This document shows, in pieces, positions 19,942-29,781 of a stretch of 64,000 nt of DNA (positions are counted from its first letter, which is position 1; each line of letters begins with the position of its first letter). Position numbers and translations under genes: made by a program. Source of the DNA: Bdellovibrio sp. (lineage in GTDB: Bacteria > Bdellovibrionota > Bdellovibrionia > Bdellovibrionales > Bdellovibrionaceae). The notes beneath the pieces were generated by a model that saw only the letters and a program-made list of their open reading frames with translations, was not told where the DNA came from and did not search any database. The stretch covers positions 128,001 through 192,000 of the forward strand of contig JAKFBS010000002.1 of the NCBI GenBank assembly GCA_036677065.1, in the 5' to 3' direction.

Positions 19942-20232
19942 TTATTGTTTTAATAGGTCGGTAAAACGGTCGTCCATCTTGGATGGGCTGATTTCTAGAA
20001 TTTCAGATTCAACGATCTTTTCGATGATAAAAGGATCTTGATTGATTCGATTTTGGATCAATTCAATTGAAGAGTTTTTAGCAATAATAGCTCCGCCTAA
20101 ATTAGGTTTTAGACTGCCAGCTAGAAGAAAAACACCTTCGTCAAATCCCTGGTTTAGCCATTTCATGTGGCCTTCCATAAATTTGCCAGCCAGGTCGCGA
20201 TTTTTAGAAAATTTTAATAATATGATAAACAT
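19942..20232 (-). CDS. YciI-family protein
   Basis: H..WL..GF.EGVFLLAG, GGAII and DPF motifs. Start moved to MFIILL. Confidence 0.8.
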   Translation of the reverse strand: MFIILLKFSKNRDLAGKFMEGHMKWLNQGFDEGVFLLAGSLKPNLGGAIIAKNSSIELIQNRINQDPFIIEKIVESEILEISPSKMDDRFTDLLKQ

Positions 20233-20255
20233 AAATTCTTTCTGTAAAAAAATAT

Positions 20256-20825
20256 TTAGGCAATTTTGGATTGCAGCCATTCTTCCATATGACGAACTTC
20301 ATTTTTAATAAACTTTTCGTCATGAAAGGTATTTGCCAAAGTCGCAATGCCTTGGCTGCGGGCTAAAAGATGCATTGCAAGTTCATCGGCTTCTTTTTTG
20401 CGGCCGGCAAGTGCGAACTGCCTGCTCAGCCAAGTTCTAAATAAAGTCATCAGTCTATTAGCGTGTTCTTTAGATGCGTGATCCATTTTTGCAAGCTCGG
20501 TGCAAAGAGTACCAACGGGGCATCCGTAGAGTTTTAATTTCGCCTGGTTCATAATGACCATGCGAATGAATTTTTCGATTCGATCGGTCGGGTTTTGGCC
20601 AGATGATTCCCATTGATCTAGCATTTCTTGAGTGCGTTTGAGACGTAGCTCGATGACGGCTTCAAGAATTTCATCTTTGGATTTGAAGTGATGGTAGAAG
20701 TTACCCCGAGAGATTTTCACCTCATCTGCAATGTCAGCAAAAGAAGTGTGTTCGAAGCCTCGATGGTAAAAAAGCTGATCCGCTGATTCAATAATTTGGT
20801 CGCGGGTTGATTTATCTAAAGCCAT
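20256..20825 (-). CDS. TetR/AcrR-family transcriptional regulator
   Basis: TRDQIIESADQLFYHRGFEHTSFADIA..SRGNFYHHFKSK, plus GCPVG (NemR/LmrA-like). Confidence 0.93.
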   Translation of the reverse strand: MALDKSTRDQIIESADQLFYHRGFEHTSFADIADEVKISRGNFYHHFKSKDEILEAVIELRLKRTQEMLDQWESSGQNPTDRIEKFIRMVIMNQAKLKLYGCPVGTLCTELAKMDHASKEHANRLMTLFRTWLSRQFALAGRKKEADELAMHLLARSQGIATLANTFHDEKFIKNEVRHMEEWLQSKIA

Positions 20826-20831
20826 AGATCG

Positions 20832-20860
20832 ATAATAGGACAACTGTCCTAAAAAGTCAA
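20832..20860 (-). promoter_or_regulatory. Sigma70 promoter containing the TetR operator palindrome TAGGACA-AC-TGTCCTA
   Basis: Minus strand reads TTGACT-N17-TATTAT. The palindrome at 20836-20851 fills the spacer, and the ATG lies 6 nt after the -10. Confidence 0.8.
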
Positions 20861-20885
20861 GAAAATCATTTTTATGTGATTTTCA

Positions 20886-23291
20886 CTAGCCAGTCGACAT
20901 CATGCCGCTGGAAATACCAGTGACTGTTAGCCGCAATAAATCGATTTCTTTATTTTTCATTGCTATGTTTTGCAGAAGGTTCAGCGGGTGAATCATCGGC
21001 GCTCGCAGCTGTACGCTTTCTTGTAGCCATTGCTTGGTATCTAATAATTTATGCGATTTGGTGATGATTTTGCAGAAGCGCACAGTCCGGTCATATTCTT
21101 CGTCGATCTCTTTAGAAAATTTTTGTACAAGCTCTTTGGGTAAAGCACTTTCATTTAAATAGGTTTTAAATACAGCTATTTCAACTTTGGCCAAAGTGAA
21201 ATCCAAAGCTTTAATATATGAATTAAAGACGGGGTTTTGCGCAAAAGCTTCAACTAAAGCTCTTTTTTGTGTAGCCGTTGAATGCTCCCACGCATTGCCT
21301 GCGCCCCACCAAATCGGAAAAAGAAGTCGGGTTTGTGTCCAACATAAAATCCACGGAATAGCTCTTAAGCTTTTAACAGTAAGTTCTTTTGAACGGCGTG
21401 CTGGGCGTGACCCCAGTTTTAAATACCTCATCATCGCATAGGGGGTCGCAAGCTTTACAATTTCTAAGAATTCAGGATCAGTGATCTTATCGCGGTAAGA
21501 TTGCGTGATTTTGTCAGCGAAAAGTTTTAGTTCTATATTTTCTGCAGAATGGAATTTCTTTTTTAATACCTCAGTGGCAGATTGAGAGATGTTTTCAAGC
21601 TGGCGTTCGGCAATCATTGGTGTGGCTAACCAGCGTTCGATGATTTCGCCCTGAACGGTGACTTTAAAATTATTAACAGCAGTTTTTGGCCACCAAGCGG
21701 TTTGATTATCGAGTGTTCCGCCGCCGCGATCGACGCTTCCGCCTGAACCGTGAAAAAAAATCGGTATGACTTGGTGATCTCGGCACACTTTTTCAAGTCG
21801 CGGAAGAGCTTGGGCAATGGCAAGCCTGCTTGGAAAAACTCCGGCCTCTTTACTTGAATCAGAATAACCGACCATAAGTTCTACTTTTGAATTCCAGAGT
21901 TTTTTAATCGCGGTCATCAGGAGTTCGTCGTTAAAGACTTCAGTCAGGATATCGGCAGATTGAGCTAAAGATGCCGATTCTTCAAATAATGGAACGACGG
22001 GGAGTATGATTTGTCCTAAGAATTTTTTTTGTTTTAGGGCAGCTGCTTTTATGTGAGCTGCAGATTCGGTCATGCTGATGATAAACGATCTGGCATACCA
22101 GCGCGGGTCGCCACCTTTTGAAACCGCGGCGATAGTTTTTAACATGCGGTCAATCGCTAGACCTTTTTTGTTTTTCGATCGTGTCATGAGTACGTCTGAT
22201 GATTCACGCAGTTCCATAGGTATAACTAATCCTGGAAATAATTCAAGCAACTGACTTAGGGTGCGCAGTTCTGGGTGTGTGCCGCCAATTTCATTTTGAT
22301 AAGTGGTTATGAGATTCAGAATTGCTTGTTTGAATTTCTCAACTTTTTTCACATCGCCAGGTTTTATAAGGCGTAAACGCTTAGCCTGAGCCAGAATATG
22401 ATTAACTTTCTTTTCAAGCTCGTTATTTGACACAAGTTTTAAAGTCGTGCGAACAGCGGTAAGTTGACGGGCTATGACTTTTAAAATTTCATTTCGTGAA
22501 AGCGTTAAACTTTGCAGTAAAGTTTTTTCGTGAACGCCGGGGTGCCCGTCTTTATCACTGCCGATCCAGCTATGAATGCGCAGTTTTACTTTGCGTTCGT
22601 TAGCATTCATCAATGTCGTTAAGATACCTTCTCGAAAAAGTTGGCCATACAGAGTTTCTGCTTCATCTTTTACTTTCGGCGAACGTTTACGCATCACCGG
22701 AATTCGCCACGCGAGCTCTAGATAATGAAAAAGATTTTCTTTTTGCTGAGGCGTGATCTGAATTTTTCTTTCTAATTCGTTGGTAGCCAAAATATTTAGC
22801 TGTATTTTTTGAATTTCATGAAAGATCGCAATGTTTTGCGCCGACCTAGCTTCGGTCGGATGAGCCGTTAGCACATAGGTAATGCTTTCTGGATGAATTT
22901 CAGAATATTTGGTTTTCTTGTTCACCTTCAGACGGTGGCTGCGGTAAGCATTTTCAGCAGCGTTCATTAATTGAATCATTAAGGTAAATGCATGTGCGAT
23001 TTGATAGCGTTGTTCAGAAGTATTTTTTTCTAATTCATGTTTTAAATGGGTTAGCTTTATGAAAGCTTCGCTGTTTGAAGTTTCTCGCAAGTAGGTCATC
23101 TGTTCTCGTATATTTTCAATCTGTTGAAAAGCTTTAAGGCCTAGTTCTTGTTTAATGACTTGGCCTAAAAGGGCGACTGATTCGCGAATAAGATGACGCA
23201 ATTCGGGAGCAACTTTTAATTTTTTGTTTTTGAAGCGACTATGAATTTTCAGATGTGCTGATGGATTAAAATCTTGAATAGAATCTAGCAT
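20886..23291 (-). CDS. ppc: Phosphoenolpyruvate carboxylase (short, divergent bacterial type)
   Basis: VLTAHPTE, VPLFE, MVGYSDSSKE, TVQGE and LRAIPW..WTQTR motifs. Confidence 0.9.
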   Translation of the reverse strand: MLDSIQDFNPSAHLKIHSRFKNKKLKVAPELRHLIRESVALLGQVIKQELGLKAFQQIENIREQMTYLRETSNSEAFIKLTHLKHELEKNTSEQRYQIAHAFTLMIQLMNAAENAYRSHRLKVNKKTKYSEIHPESITYVLTAHPTEARSAQNIAIFHEIQKIQLNILATNELERKIQITPQQKENLFHYLELAWRIPVMRKRSPKVKDEAETLYGQLFREGILTTLMNANERKVKLRIHSWIGSDKDGHPGVHEKTLLQSLTLSRNEILKVIARQLTAVRTTLKLVSNNELEKKVNHILAQAKRLRLIKPGDVKKVEKFKQAILNLITTYQNEIGGTHPELRTLSQLLELFPGLVIPMELRESSDVLMTRSKNKKGLAIDRMLKTIAAVSKGGDPRWYARSFIISMTESAAHIKAAALKQKKFLGQIILPVVPLFEESASLAQSADILTEVFNDELLMTAIKKLWNSKVELMVGYSDSSKEAGVFPSRLAIAQALPRLEKVCRDHQVIPIFFHGSGGSVDRGGGTLDNQTAWWPKTAVNNFKVTVQGEIIERWLATPMIAERQLENISQSATEVLKKKFHSAENIELKLFADKITQSYRDKITDPEFLEIVKLATPYAMMRYLKLGSRPARRSKELTVKSLRAIPWILCWTQTRLLFPIWWGAGNAWEHSTATQKRALVEAFAQNPVFNSYIKALDFTLAKVEIAVFKTYLNESALPKELVQKFSKEIDEEYDRTVRFCKIITKSHKLLDTKQWLQESVQLRAPMIHPLNLLQNIAMKNKEIDLLRLTVTGISSGMMSTG

Positions 23292-23505
23292 GACATCCCC
23301 CTGTCTACTTAGTGAGTCTTAATAGCAATTTAATGACCGAGCTAAAAAAGATTGGGGCGCGATTGGACGAGGAATACTTTCCTAATAAATGAATTCGTGG
23401 GGCTAAAACGGCATGAAATACTATTTTTAACTAAAATTTGATAAAAAGTCTCAAATTGCTACGCTCTATTGCGGTTTTATTCTTTTTGAAGGACTTTCGT
23501 TTTCT

Positions 23506-23532
23506 TTAGTGAACATCGGAAGATGTCGATAA
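23506..23532 (+). promoter_or_regulatory. Sigma28 (FliA)-like promoter of fibre gene 1
   Basis: TTAG-N15-GTCGATAA, 6 nt before the GTG start. Confidence 0.6.
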
Positions 23533-23538
23533 GTAATC

Positions 23539-26500
23539 GTGAAGAGACAGACGTTGAACGTACTTTCTAAATGGCTAACTTTGTTAGGATTATTCCTATT
23601 TGCCGTTTCGTCTTTTGCGATCAACGGTAAAACCACTTATCAAGCAAAAATTATTAAACCCGATGGTCATCCGCTTGAGTCTGCAAGTGTAAATTTTCGC
23701 TTCACTGTTTTAGATCAGTCTGGATCTTGCGCGATGTATATTGAAGACTACGCAGCCATTAATATGACTGACACCGGTGGACTAATTTCTTTTCCGTTAG
23801 GAACCGGCGCGCGTGCTTTTCCAACAAGCGGTACAGCACAGACATTTCAAAATACTTTTGATAACTCGATCACATCGTTTGCCTGTCAGACGATGGGAAT
23901 TTACAATTCTAATTCGACAGACACACGAAAAATTGTTATGCAGTTTAATGATGGTGGTGGTTGGCAAACGCTTCCAGCGATGAGTATTAATGCGGTTCCG
24001 TATGCGATGTTTGCCACTCGTTCTGATAATTCACGTTTACTAAATAATAAAACAGATACTGCATTTGTTGAATATTCAACGATTCCTACGTGTACAGCAT
24101 CGCAAGCGCTGCAATACACGGGGGCAAACTTTGTTTGTGTGGCCGCCGGTGGCAGTGGCGGGGTTACATCAGGTGATATCACGACAGCATTAGGTTATAC
24201 GCCGGCAGACGCTTCAACGCTTTCTGCTTCGTATACGACGCAAGCTGATTTTTCGGTGGTGTCTGGTGCGGTGAATGCGATGGTTACATCAGTACTTAAT
24301 TTATCAACTTCGGTTGGAGCAATTACTTCTTCGCAGTGGAGTAGCTCTGGCACAAATATTTTTTATGATACTGGTTACATCGGTATAGGCACCGCGAACC
24401 CTCAATATCCACTTCACGTTATTAAATCTGCAACCGGGTTTGATGCTGGTGTTGCAATGAGTTTTGACGGGTATGTTGGCAGCGGAAATCCTTATACTGG
24501 AATTATCGTGCGCGCGGCTCGCGGAACTGCGGCTTCACCGACGGCAATTTTAAATGGTGACGGTATTGGTATCTTTGGCATTCGCGCCTATGGAGTCACT
24601 AAATTTGCTGACACAACAACAGCAAATATTACGGCATTGGCTACAGAAAATTTTACCGATACTTCGATGGGAACAGCACTTCGCTTTATGACAACCCCGA
24701 ATAGTTCGACAGCTTCGGTTGAACGTATGCGCATCAATCATGACGGAAACATCGGCGTGGGAGTCTCTGCACCGGTGACCAAACTTGATGTTTCGGGTGG
24801 TGTTCGTATCAGTATGGAAACAGCAACATGTGCTGCAAGTTTTGCCGGAACTTTACGATATAACTCGGGCTTGGTCGAATATTGTAATGGCTCTTCTTGG
24901 TCAGCGTTCGGTGTGGCGGGTGCAGGAATTACTTTATTTAATGGTTCATCTTCTGGCACACAAACTTTTGTAACTGGAATTACCGGAACGAATTTTAATA
25001 TTACGACAAATAACGGAGTTCACTCTTTTAATATTCCGCTAGCGGCTACTGGTTCAGTGACTGCCGGTTTATTATCAAATGTTGATTACGTTTCATTCTC
25101 AAATAAAGTGAATGCAACAAGTGCGGCTATTATTTCTGCTTTAGGTTATACTCCTGCAAATAATGCAGCGTCAGGAACTTATGCCGTTAAATCTAATAAT
25201 TTATCTGATTTAACTTCTGCAACGGTAGCACGATCTAATTTAGGCTTAGGTTCAATCGCTCTATTAAATTCTGTAGATTTAAGCGGATCGCAAGCGACAG
25301 GAACTTTAGCCGCAGCACGACTACCGGCATTTAGCGGTGATGCAACAAGTTCAAGTGGTTCTGCGGTTTTAACTTTAGCTTCAGTTGGTTCAGGTGTAAC
25401 AAGTGGTTCGCAATACACGAAAGTCACTGTTGATGGCAAAGGCCGCGTAACAAGTGGAGCGCAGTTATCTGTAACAGATGTGACGACTGCTTTAGGTTAT
25501 ACTCCGGCAAGTACTTCGGCATCTACGCAGTGGATAACCAGTGGTACTACTATTAATTACTCAACGGGAAATGTCGGTATCGGCAATTCATCGCCACAAA
25601 GTGCATTGTCAATCGGAAGTAGTCTTGGATCAGGTTATGCTTTAACCGCAAATTCGACAAGTGCGTACGGTATGGTTGTACAAACATCAGAAGCTGTCGC
25701 CGGAAATAATGCAGCTTTTTGGGTAAGAACAAGTGCGGACAGTGGTGCCACGAATAGCACTCTTTTAAGAGTGCAAAATAATGGAAAAGTCGGTTTAGGT
25801 GTCAGTGCGCCAACAGCGAGCTTACATTTAACATCTGGATCAACAATCGCGACAACCGCGCCGTTAAAATTTACAAGTGGATCGTTAATGACAGCTCCTG
25901 AAGCCGGTGCCATTGAGTTTGATGGCACTTATTTGTATCTAACTGATGGTGCAAATTCTCGTAAAGCCATTCTTACTGACACTGGTGGTAACTATGCAGT
26001 AAGCCATCTGACATCATCAGGAAATATTACTTTTACTCCGAACTCTTCGGTTGTTGTTTCTTCAACGACAAATTCTACGTCTTCAAATACCGGAGCTTTT
26101 ATCGTTAAAGGTGGTATGGGAGTTGGTGCAGATCTTAACGTCGCAGGAATTATCAGCGGCTCATCAATTGTAAAAGCTAGCGGTTACCGTGCCAATCAAG
26201 GTGTGCCGAACAATTCTGATAACTCAACAAATGGTTATGCATTTGGACTAGATGGTGACACTGGTCTTTTTTCTCCAGGTGCTGGTGGCGCTAATGGGGT
26301 AGTGGCTATTTATAATAATAACGTAGAAACCATGCGAATTAATCCGGGTGCTGTGGGTATTGGTACTTCGTCACCTTCGGCTGTGTTGCAAATAGCGACG
26401 GCTACACAAAATATCGATCGTATTCGTTTAACTGGGCAAGAATTTTATCAGGCTGCAAACAGTGATGATGTTAACGGTGTTTCGCTTTTATTAGGCGCAA

Positions 26501-28563
26501 ATCGCAGTGGTAATCGGCAATTATGGATTGCAGACAGTTCGCAACTTACACCAAACACAAGTAATACAGTTATTCGTATTAATCCGAATTCAAGAGACAT
26601 TTCGGCATTTGCTACAGATGGTGTAACTTCAAAAACGCTATCGCTAAATGCAAGTGGTGGATTTGTCGGTATCGGTAATGTGAGCCCCGTGGCCCCATTA
26701 ACAGTAGGTAATAGTACTGATCGCCGCGGTTATGTTCAGCTGCGCAATGATGGATCTAGCGGACCAGTGCTGCAACTGTACAATACCTTATCAGGTGGGC
26801 GAACTTATAATATTTATTCAGGATTTAGTGCTTCAGGTACATTTGATATCGCTGATTTAACGGCAGGAAATATTTCACGCCTTACAATCACAGCCTCTGG
26901 TCATGTTGGTGTTGGCACTGTAACTCCGCAAAGAAAATTGCATGTTTCAAGCGCTAGTAGCTCAGATGGCTTGTTGTTAGATAACGGAACCTCTGATTCA
27001 AGTAATTTGATTTTTCACGATTCAACACAAGGTGTAAGCGGCGTCACCTGGAATTTAGATTCTACTAACGGTGCGTTTAGAATTTTCACTGAACCGATCA
27101 CTTCAGTAGATCCGCTAATAGCCACTAATGGCAGTGAAAGACTAACTATTTTACCTTCGGGCGAAGTTGGTATAGGTACAACGAATCCTGTTGATAAATT
27201 ACATGTTTTTGGTGTCAGCACAGTAACGAGTGGAACTGGTAATTTATCAATGATTCCCGACTTTGGAGGCGCGGCTTATATTCAATCGTATCAGGGCGTC
27301 GGAGTTTTTCGCCCACTTAAAATTGATGGTTTGGGTGTAAGTTTTGATGCTAAAGGCAGTAACTTTGGTTTCATATCTGGAAATGTCGGTATCGGCACAA
27401 CGGGCCCGGCAGCGGCACTGCATTTAGTTACACAAAACACAGCAAGCCCTGCGGTCGTCATTGATACCGACGCAGATGTTGGTGATCAAGCTTTTAAAAT
27501 TAGATCATCGGGCGATGGTGGTGCTGGGTTAACAGATGCAAATACAAAATTTATAGTTATGGGTAGTGGTAATGTCGGTATTGGAACTTCAAATCCATTA
27601 ACTAAATTTACAGTAAGTGGCGGAGATCTGACGGTAACTGGTGGCGGTTACCCTGCATTATATGCTCACAACACAGATAAAGCCGATGGTACCTATGGTA
27701 AAACATGGGGTTGGATGAACTATAGCGGTGGATTATATTTAAATGCTTATGCTGCAACTAATTCTAATGTCGCTCCAGGTGCACCTATAACCGCTATGTA
27801 TATTCAAGATACGACGGCTAATGTCGGTATTGGAACTGCATCGCCAACAAGCAAGCTTGAAGTGCGCGGTGGTAATGCGTTTATCGAAGGTAGAGCTTAT
27901 ATTTATTCAAATTCTGGCTGGGGAGCCGTTACACCGTCTGTAACTTTAGCACTCGGTGATAATGACACCGGATTTAACTGGATTTCTGATGGTGAATTTC
28001 AAGTTTATGCCAATAATCAACCGCGCATGCATTTTGATTTGAGTGGAAATACGGGTGTCGGAACAACAGATCCTCAATATAGTTTAGATGTGGCAGGAAA
28101 TTTTCGTGTGGGCGGGCAAGCTTATACGAATACCGGTGCTGCAACCTTCACAGTTTTATCAGATGTGCGATACAAAGACGTGCATGGTAATTACGAGCGT
28201 GGATTAAATGATCTATTAAAAGTCGAAACTATTCGATTTAACTATAAAAAAGAAAACCCGCTAGGCTCAGACCCAATTCATGAATATGTTGGCCTATCAG
28301 CGCAGAATTTACAGACAGCTATTCCAGAAGCGGTTGAACAACAAAATAAAGAAGGCATTGAATTTTTAACGGTAAATACATCGCCAGTGATATATGCAAT
28401 GATTAATTCAGTAAAAGAACTTTACTACAAAATCGTCGGACACGACCGAGAAATTGCATCTCTTAAGGCTAAAAACCAAGAATTAGAATCTAAATTAAAA
28501 GAGTTCGACGAACTTAAAGCCTACATCTGTAAAAAAGATCCTCAGGCGCCGAATTGTAAATAA
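23539..28563 (+). CDS. Secreted trimeric adhesin fibre with C-terminal peptidase S74 intramolecular chaperone (Bdellovibrio MAT-like), 1674 aa
   Basis: Signal peptide, TYQAKIIKPDG N-domain, tail-fibre repeat YTKVTVDGKGRVT, many GNVGIGT..P repeats, SDVRYK cleavage motif and terminal coiled coil. Confidence 0.88.
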   Translation: MKRQTLNVLSKWLTLLGLFLFAVSSFAINGKTTYQAKIIKPDGHPLESASVNFRFTVLDQSGSCAMYIEDYAAINMTDTGGLISFPLGTGARAFPTSGTAQTFQNTFDNSITSFACQTMGIYNSNSTDTRKIVMQFNDGGGWQTLPAMSINAVPYAMFATRSDNSRLLNNKTDTAFVEYSTIPTCTASQALQYTGANFVCVAAGGSGGVTSGDITTALGYTPADASTLSASYTTQADFSVVSGAVNAMVTSVLNLSTSVGAITSSQWSSSGTNIFYDTGYIGIGTANPQYPLHVIKSATGFDAGVAMSFDGYVGSGNPYTGIIVRAARGTAASPTAILNGDGIGIFGIRAYGVTKFADTTTANITALATENFTDTSMGTALRFMTTPNSSTASVERMRINHDGNIGVGVSAPVTKLDVSGGVRISMETATCAASFAGTLRYNSGLVEYCNGSSWSAFGVAGAGITLFNGSSSGTQTFVTGITGTNFNITTNNGVHSFNIPLAATGSVTAGLLSNVDYVSFSNKVNATSAAIISALGYTPANNAASGTYAVKSNNLSDLTSATVARSNLGLGSIALLNSVDLSGSQATGTLAAARLPAFSGDATSSSGSAVLTLASVGSGVTSGSQYTKVTVDGKGRVTSGAQLSVTDVTTALGYTPASTSASTQWITSGTTINYSTGNVGIGNSSPQSALSIGSSLGSGYALTANSTSAYGMVVQTSEAVAGNNAAFWVRTSADSGATNSTLLRVQNNGKVGLGVSAPTASLHLTSGSTIATTAPLKFTSGSLMTAPEAGAIEFDGTYLYLTDGANSRKAILTDTGGNYAVSHLTSSGNITFTPNSSVVVSSTTNSTSSNTGAFIVKGGMGVGADLNVAGIISGSSIVKASGYRANQGVPNNSDNSTNGYAFGLDGDTGLFSPGAGGANGVVAIYNNNVETMRINPGAVGIGTSSPSAVLQIATATQNIDRIRLTGQEFYQAANSDDVNGVSLLLGANRSGNRQLWIADSSQLTPNTSNTVIRINPNSRDISAFATDGVTSKTLSLNASGGFVGIGNVSPVAPLTVGNSTDRRGYVQLRNDGSSGPVLQLYNTLSGGRTYNIYSGFSASGTFDIADLTAGNISRLTITASGHVGVGTVTPQRKLHVSSASSSDGLLLDNGTSDSSNLIFHDSTQGVSGVTWNLDSTNGAFRIFTEPITSVDPLIATNGSERLTILPSGEVGIGTTNPVDKLHVFGVSTVTSGTGNLSMIPDFGGAAYIQSYQGVGVFRPLKIDGLGVSFDAKGSNFGFISGNVGIGTTGPAAALHLVTQNTASPAVVIDTDADVGDQAFKIRSSGDGGAGLTDANTKFIVMGSGNVGIGTSNPLTKFTVSGGDLTVTGGGYPALYAHNTDKADGTYGKTWGWMNYSGGLYLNAYAATNSNVAPGAPITAMYIQDTTANVGIGTASPTSKLEVRGGNAFIEGRAYIYSNSGWGAVTPSVTLALGDNDTGFNWISDGEFQVYANNQPRMHFDLSGNTGVGTTDPQYSLDVAGNFRVGGQAYTNTGAATFTVLSDVRYKDVHGNYERGLNDLLKVETIRFNYKKENPLGSDPIHEYVGLSAQNLQTAIPEAVEQQNKEGIEFLTVNTSPVIYAMINSVKELYYKIVGHDREIASLKAKNQELESKLKEFDELKAYICKKDPQAPNCK

Positions 28564-28688
28564 TTGTTTTGTAAATAAACTTAGACTGGATTTTTTCAAA
28601 CAAAGTTTTGAGTTTTTATCTATTACCATAGTCTAGAAAGCCGGGTAAACAAATTGCTCCGCAAGCTTCGCTGCCTAGACTTAGTGAA

Positions 28689-29414
28689 ATGAAAACAAAG
28701 AATAAAATTTTAATCGCATTTACATTTTTATTAACGGGTTGTTTAACTCCAGATCTTTCTGACAATAACGCCACAGCAACAACCTCTGATACACCCACGG
28801 TATCACAACCTCCAGTTGTAACGATTCCGCCAACGCCGACACCAGAGCCTATCCCGCTGCCGACGCCCTCAGGTTATATGGATGGCGACATAATATTTAT
28901 TCAAAGCCAATCATCACAATCAGCTGCACTTCGCGAAGCTACGGGCTCTGTATGGACGCATGTGGGCTTATTAGTAAAACAAAGCTCTGGATGGCATGTG
29001 GCTGAAGCCATTGGCCCCGTGGTTAGTACACCCATCAATGATTTTATTGCTCGCAGTAAAGATAAAGCTTATCAGGTTTATCGGTTTCGCCATTTTGATC
29101 CGGCAACTATGCGAAGTGCGATGTTAGCAGCAATTCAAAAATACAATAAGCCCTATGATATCTATTTCGAATTTTCGAACACGCGCACTTACTGCAGCGA
29201 GCTGACCTATAAAGTGATGTTAGATGTTACAGGTGTTGGATTAGGGCGTGTGCAGAAAATGCGCGATATGAAGTTGGACGGCCCCTATGCAAAAGCCCTT
29301 ATTAAAATGCGCTTAACTGATATTGGTAAAGAAATTAATCCTGATGAAGATATTATTACGCCAGTGAGCCAAATGGTTGATGCTAACGTCACGCTGGTCA
29401 AAAGTTCTCTTTAA
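28689..29414 (+). CDS. YiiX/YebB-like permuted papain (NlpC/P60) lipoprotein
   Basis: Lipobox LTGC, Pro-rich linker, GDIIF, WTHVG, PYD and YCSEL (His before Cys, the permuted order). Confidence 0.88.
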   Translation: MKTKNKILIAFTFLLTGCLTPDLSDNNATATTSDTPTVSQPPVVTIPPTPTPEPIPLPTPSGYMDGDIIFIQSQSSQSAALREATGSVWTHVGLLVKQSSGWHVAEAIGPVVSTPINDFIARSKDKAYQVYRFRHFDPATMRSAMLAAIQKYNKPYDIYFEFSNTRTYCSELTYKVMLDVTGVGLGRVQKMRDMKLDGPYAKALIKMRLTDIGKEINPDEDIITPVSQMVDANVTLVKSSL

Positions 29415-29468
29415 TTTGGGCTTGGGTTTTGCTTATTTAAGTCTTGTTGCATAACACCAAGGGGCTTT

Positions 29469-29654
29469 ATGGAAAAGATGAATACGTCGCAGAATACTAA
29501 GAATATGAACAAGAAAAAAAATCGGGATTATCAGCCATTAAAACCTGATCCTACCAGTGATCCTGATGATAATGTTGTGGCTTCGCGGCCGCCAACAGAA
29601 ACTGAAATTGGATCATCGATCGTACGGCGCAATGAAGCCGATGATGAAGATTAA
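29469..29654 (+). CDS. Small hydrophilic hypothetical protein
   Basis: 61 aa, AAGGGG RBS, GG-N10-GC motif upstream at 29419-29432. Confidence 0.5.
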   Translation: MEKMNTSQNTKNMNKKKNRDYQPLKPDPTSDPDDNVVASRPPTETEIGSSIVRRNEADDED

Positions 29655-29690
29655 AAAAAAAGGGTTAAACATTTTTAGCGTTTAACCCTT
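29653..29690 (-). terminator. Intrinsic terminator (minus strand)
   Basis: AAGGGTTAAAC/GTTTAACCCTT stem with a 9-nt A run on plus (U-tract on minus). Confidence 0.85.
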
Positions 29691-29730
29691 AATGTGAATA
29701 AATGTGCCAGAAGCACATTCGCTAATTGTA
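29653..29730 (-). ncRNA. Candidate sigma28-dependent small RNA (about 78 nt)
   Basis: TTAG-N15-ACCGATAA promoter (29763-29737), internal hairpin AATGTGC/GCACATT, then a terminator. No long ORF. Confidence 0.35.
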
Positions 29731-29781
29731 CTTAATTTATCGGTCGCAAATAAAATTTGCTAAACCTTATCATCACATTTT

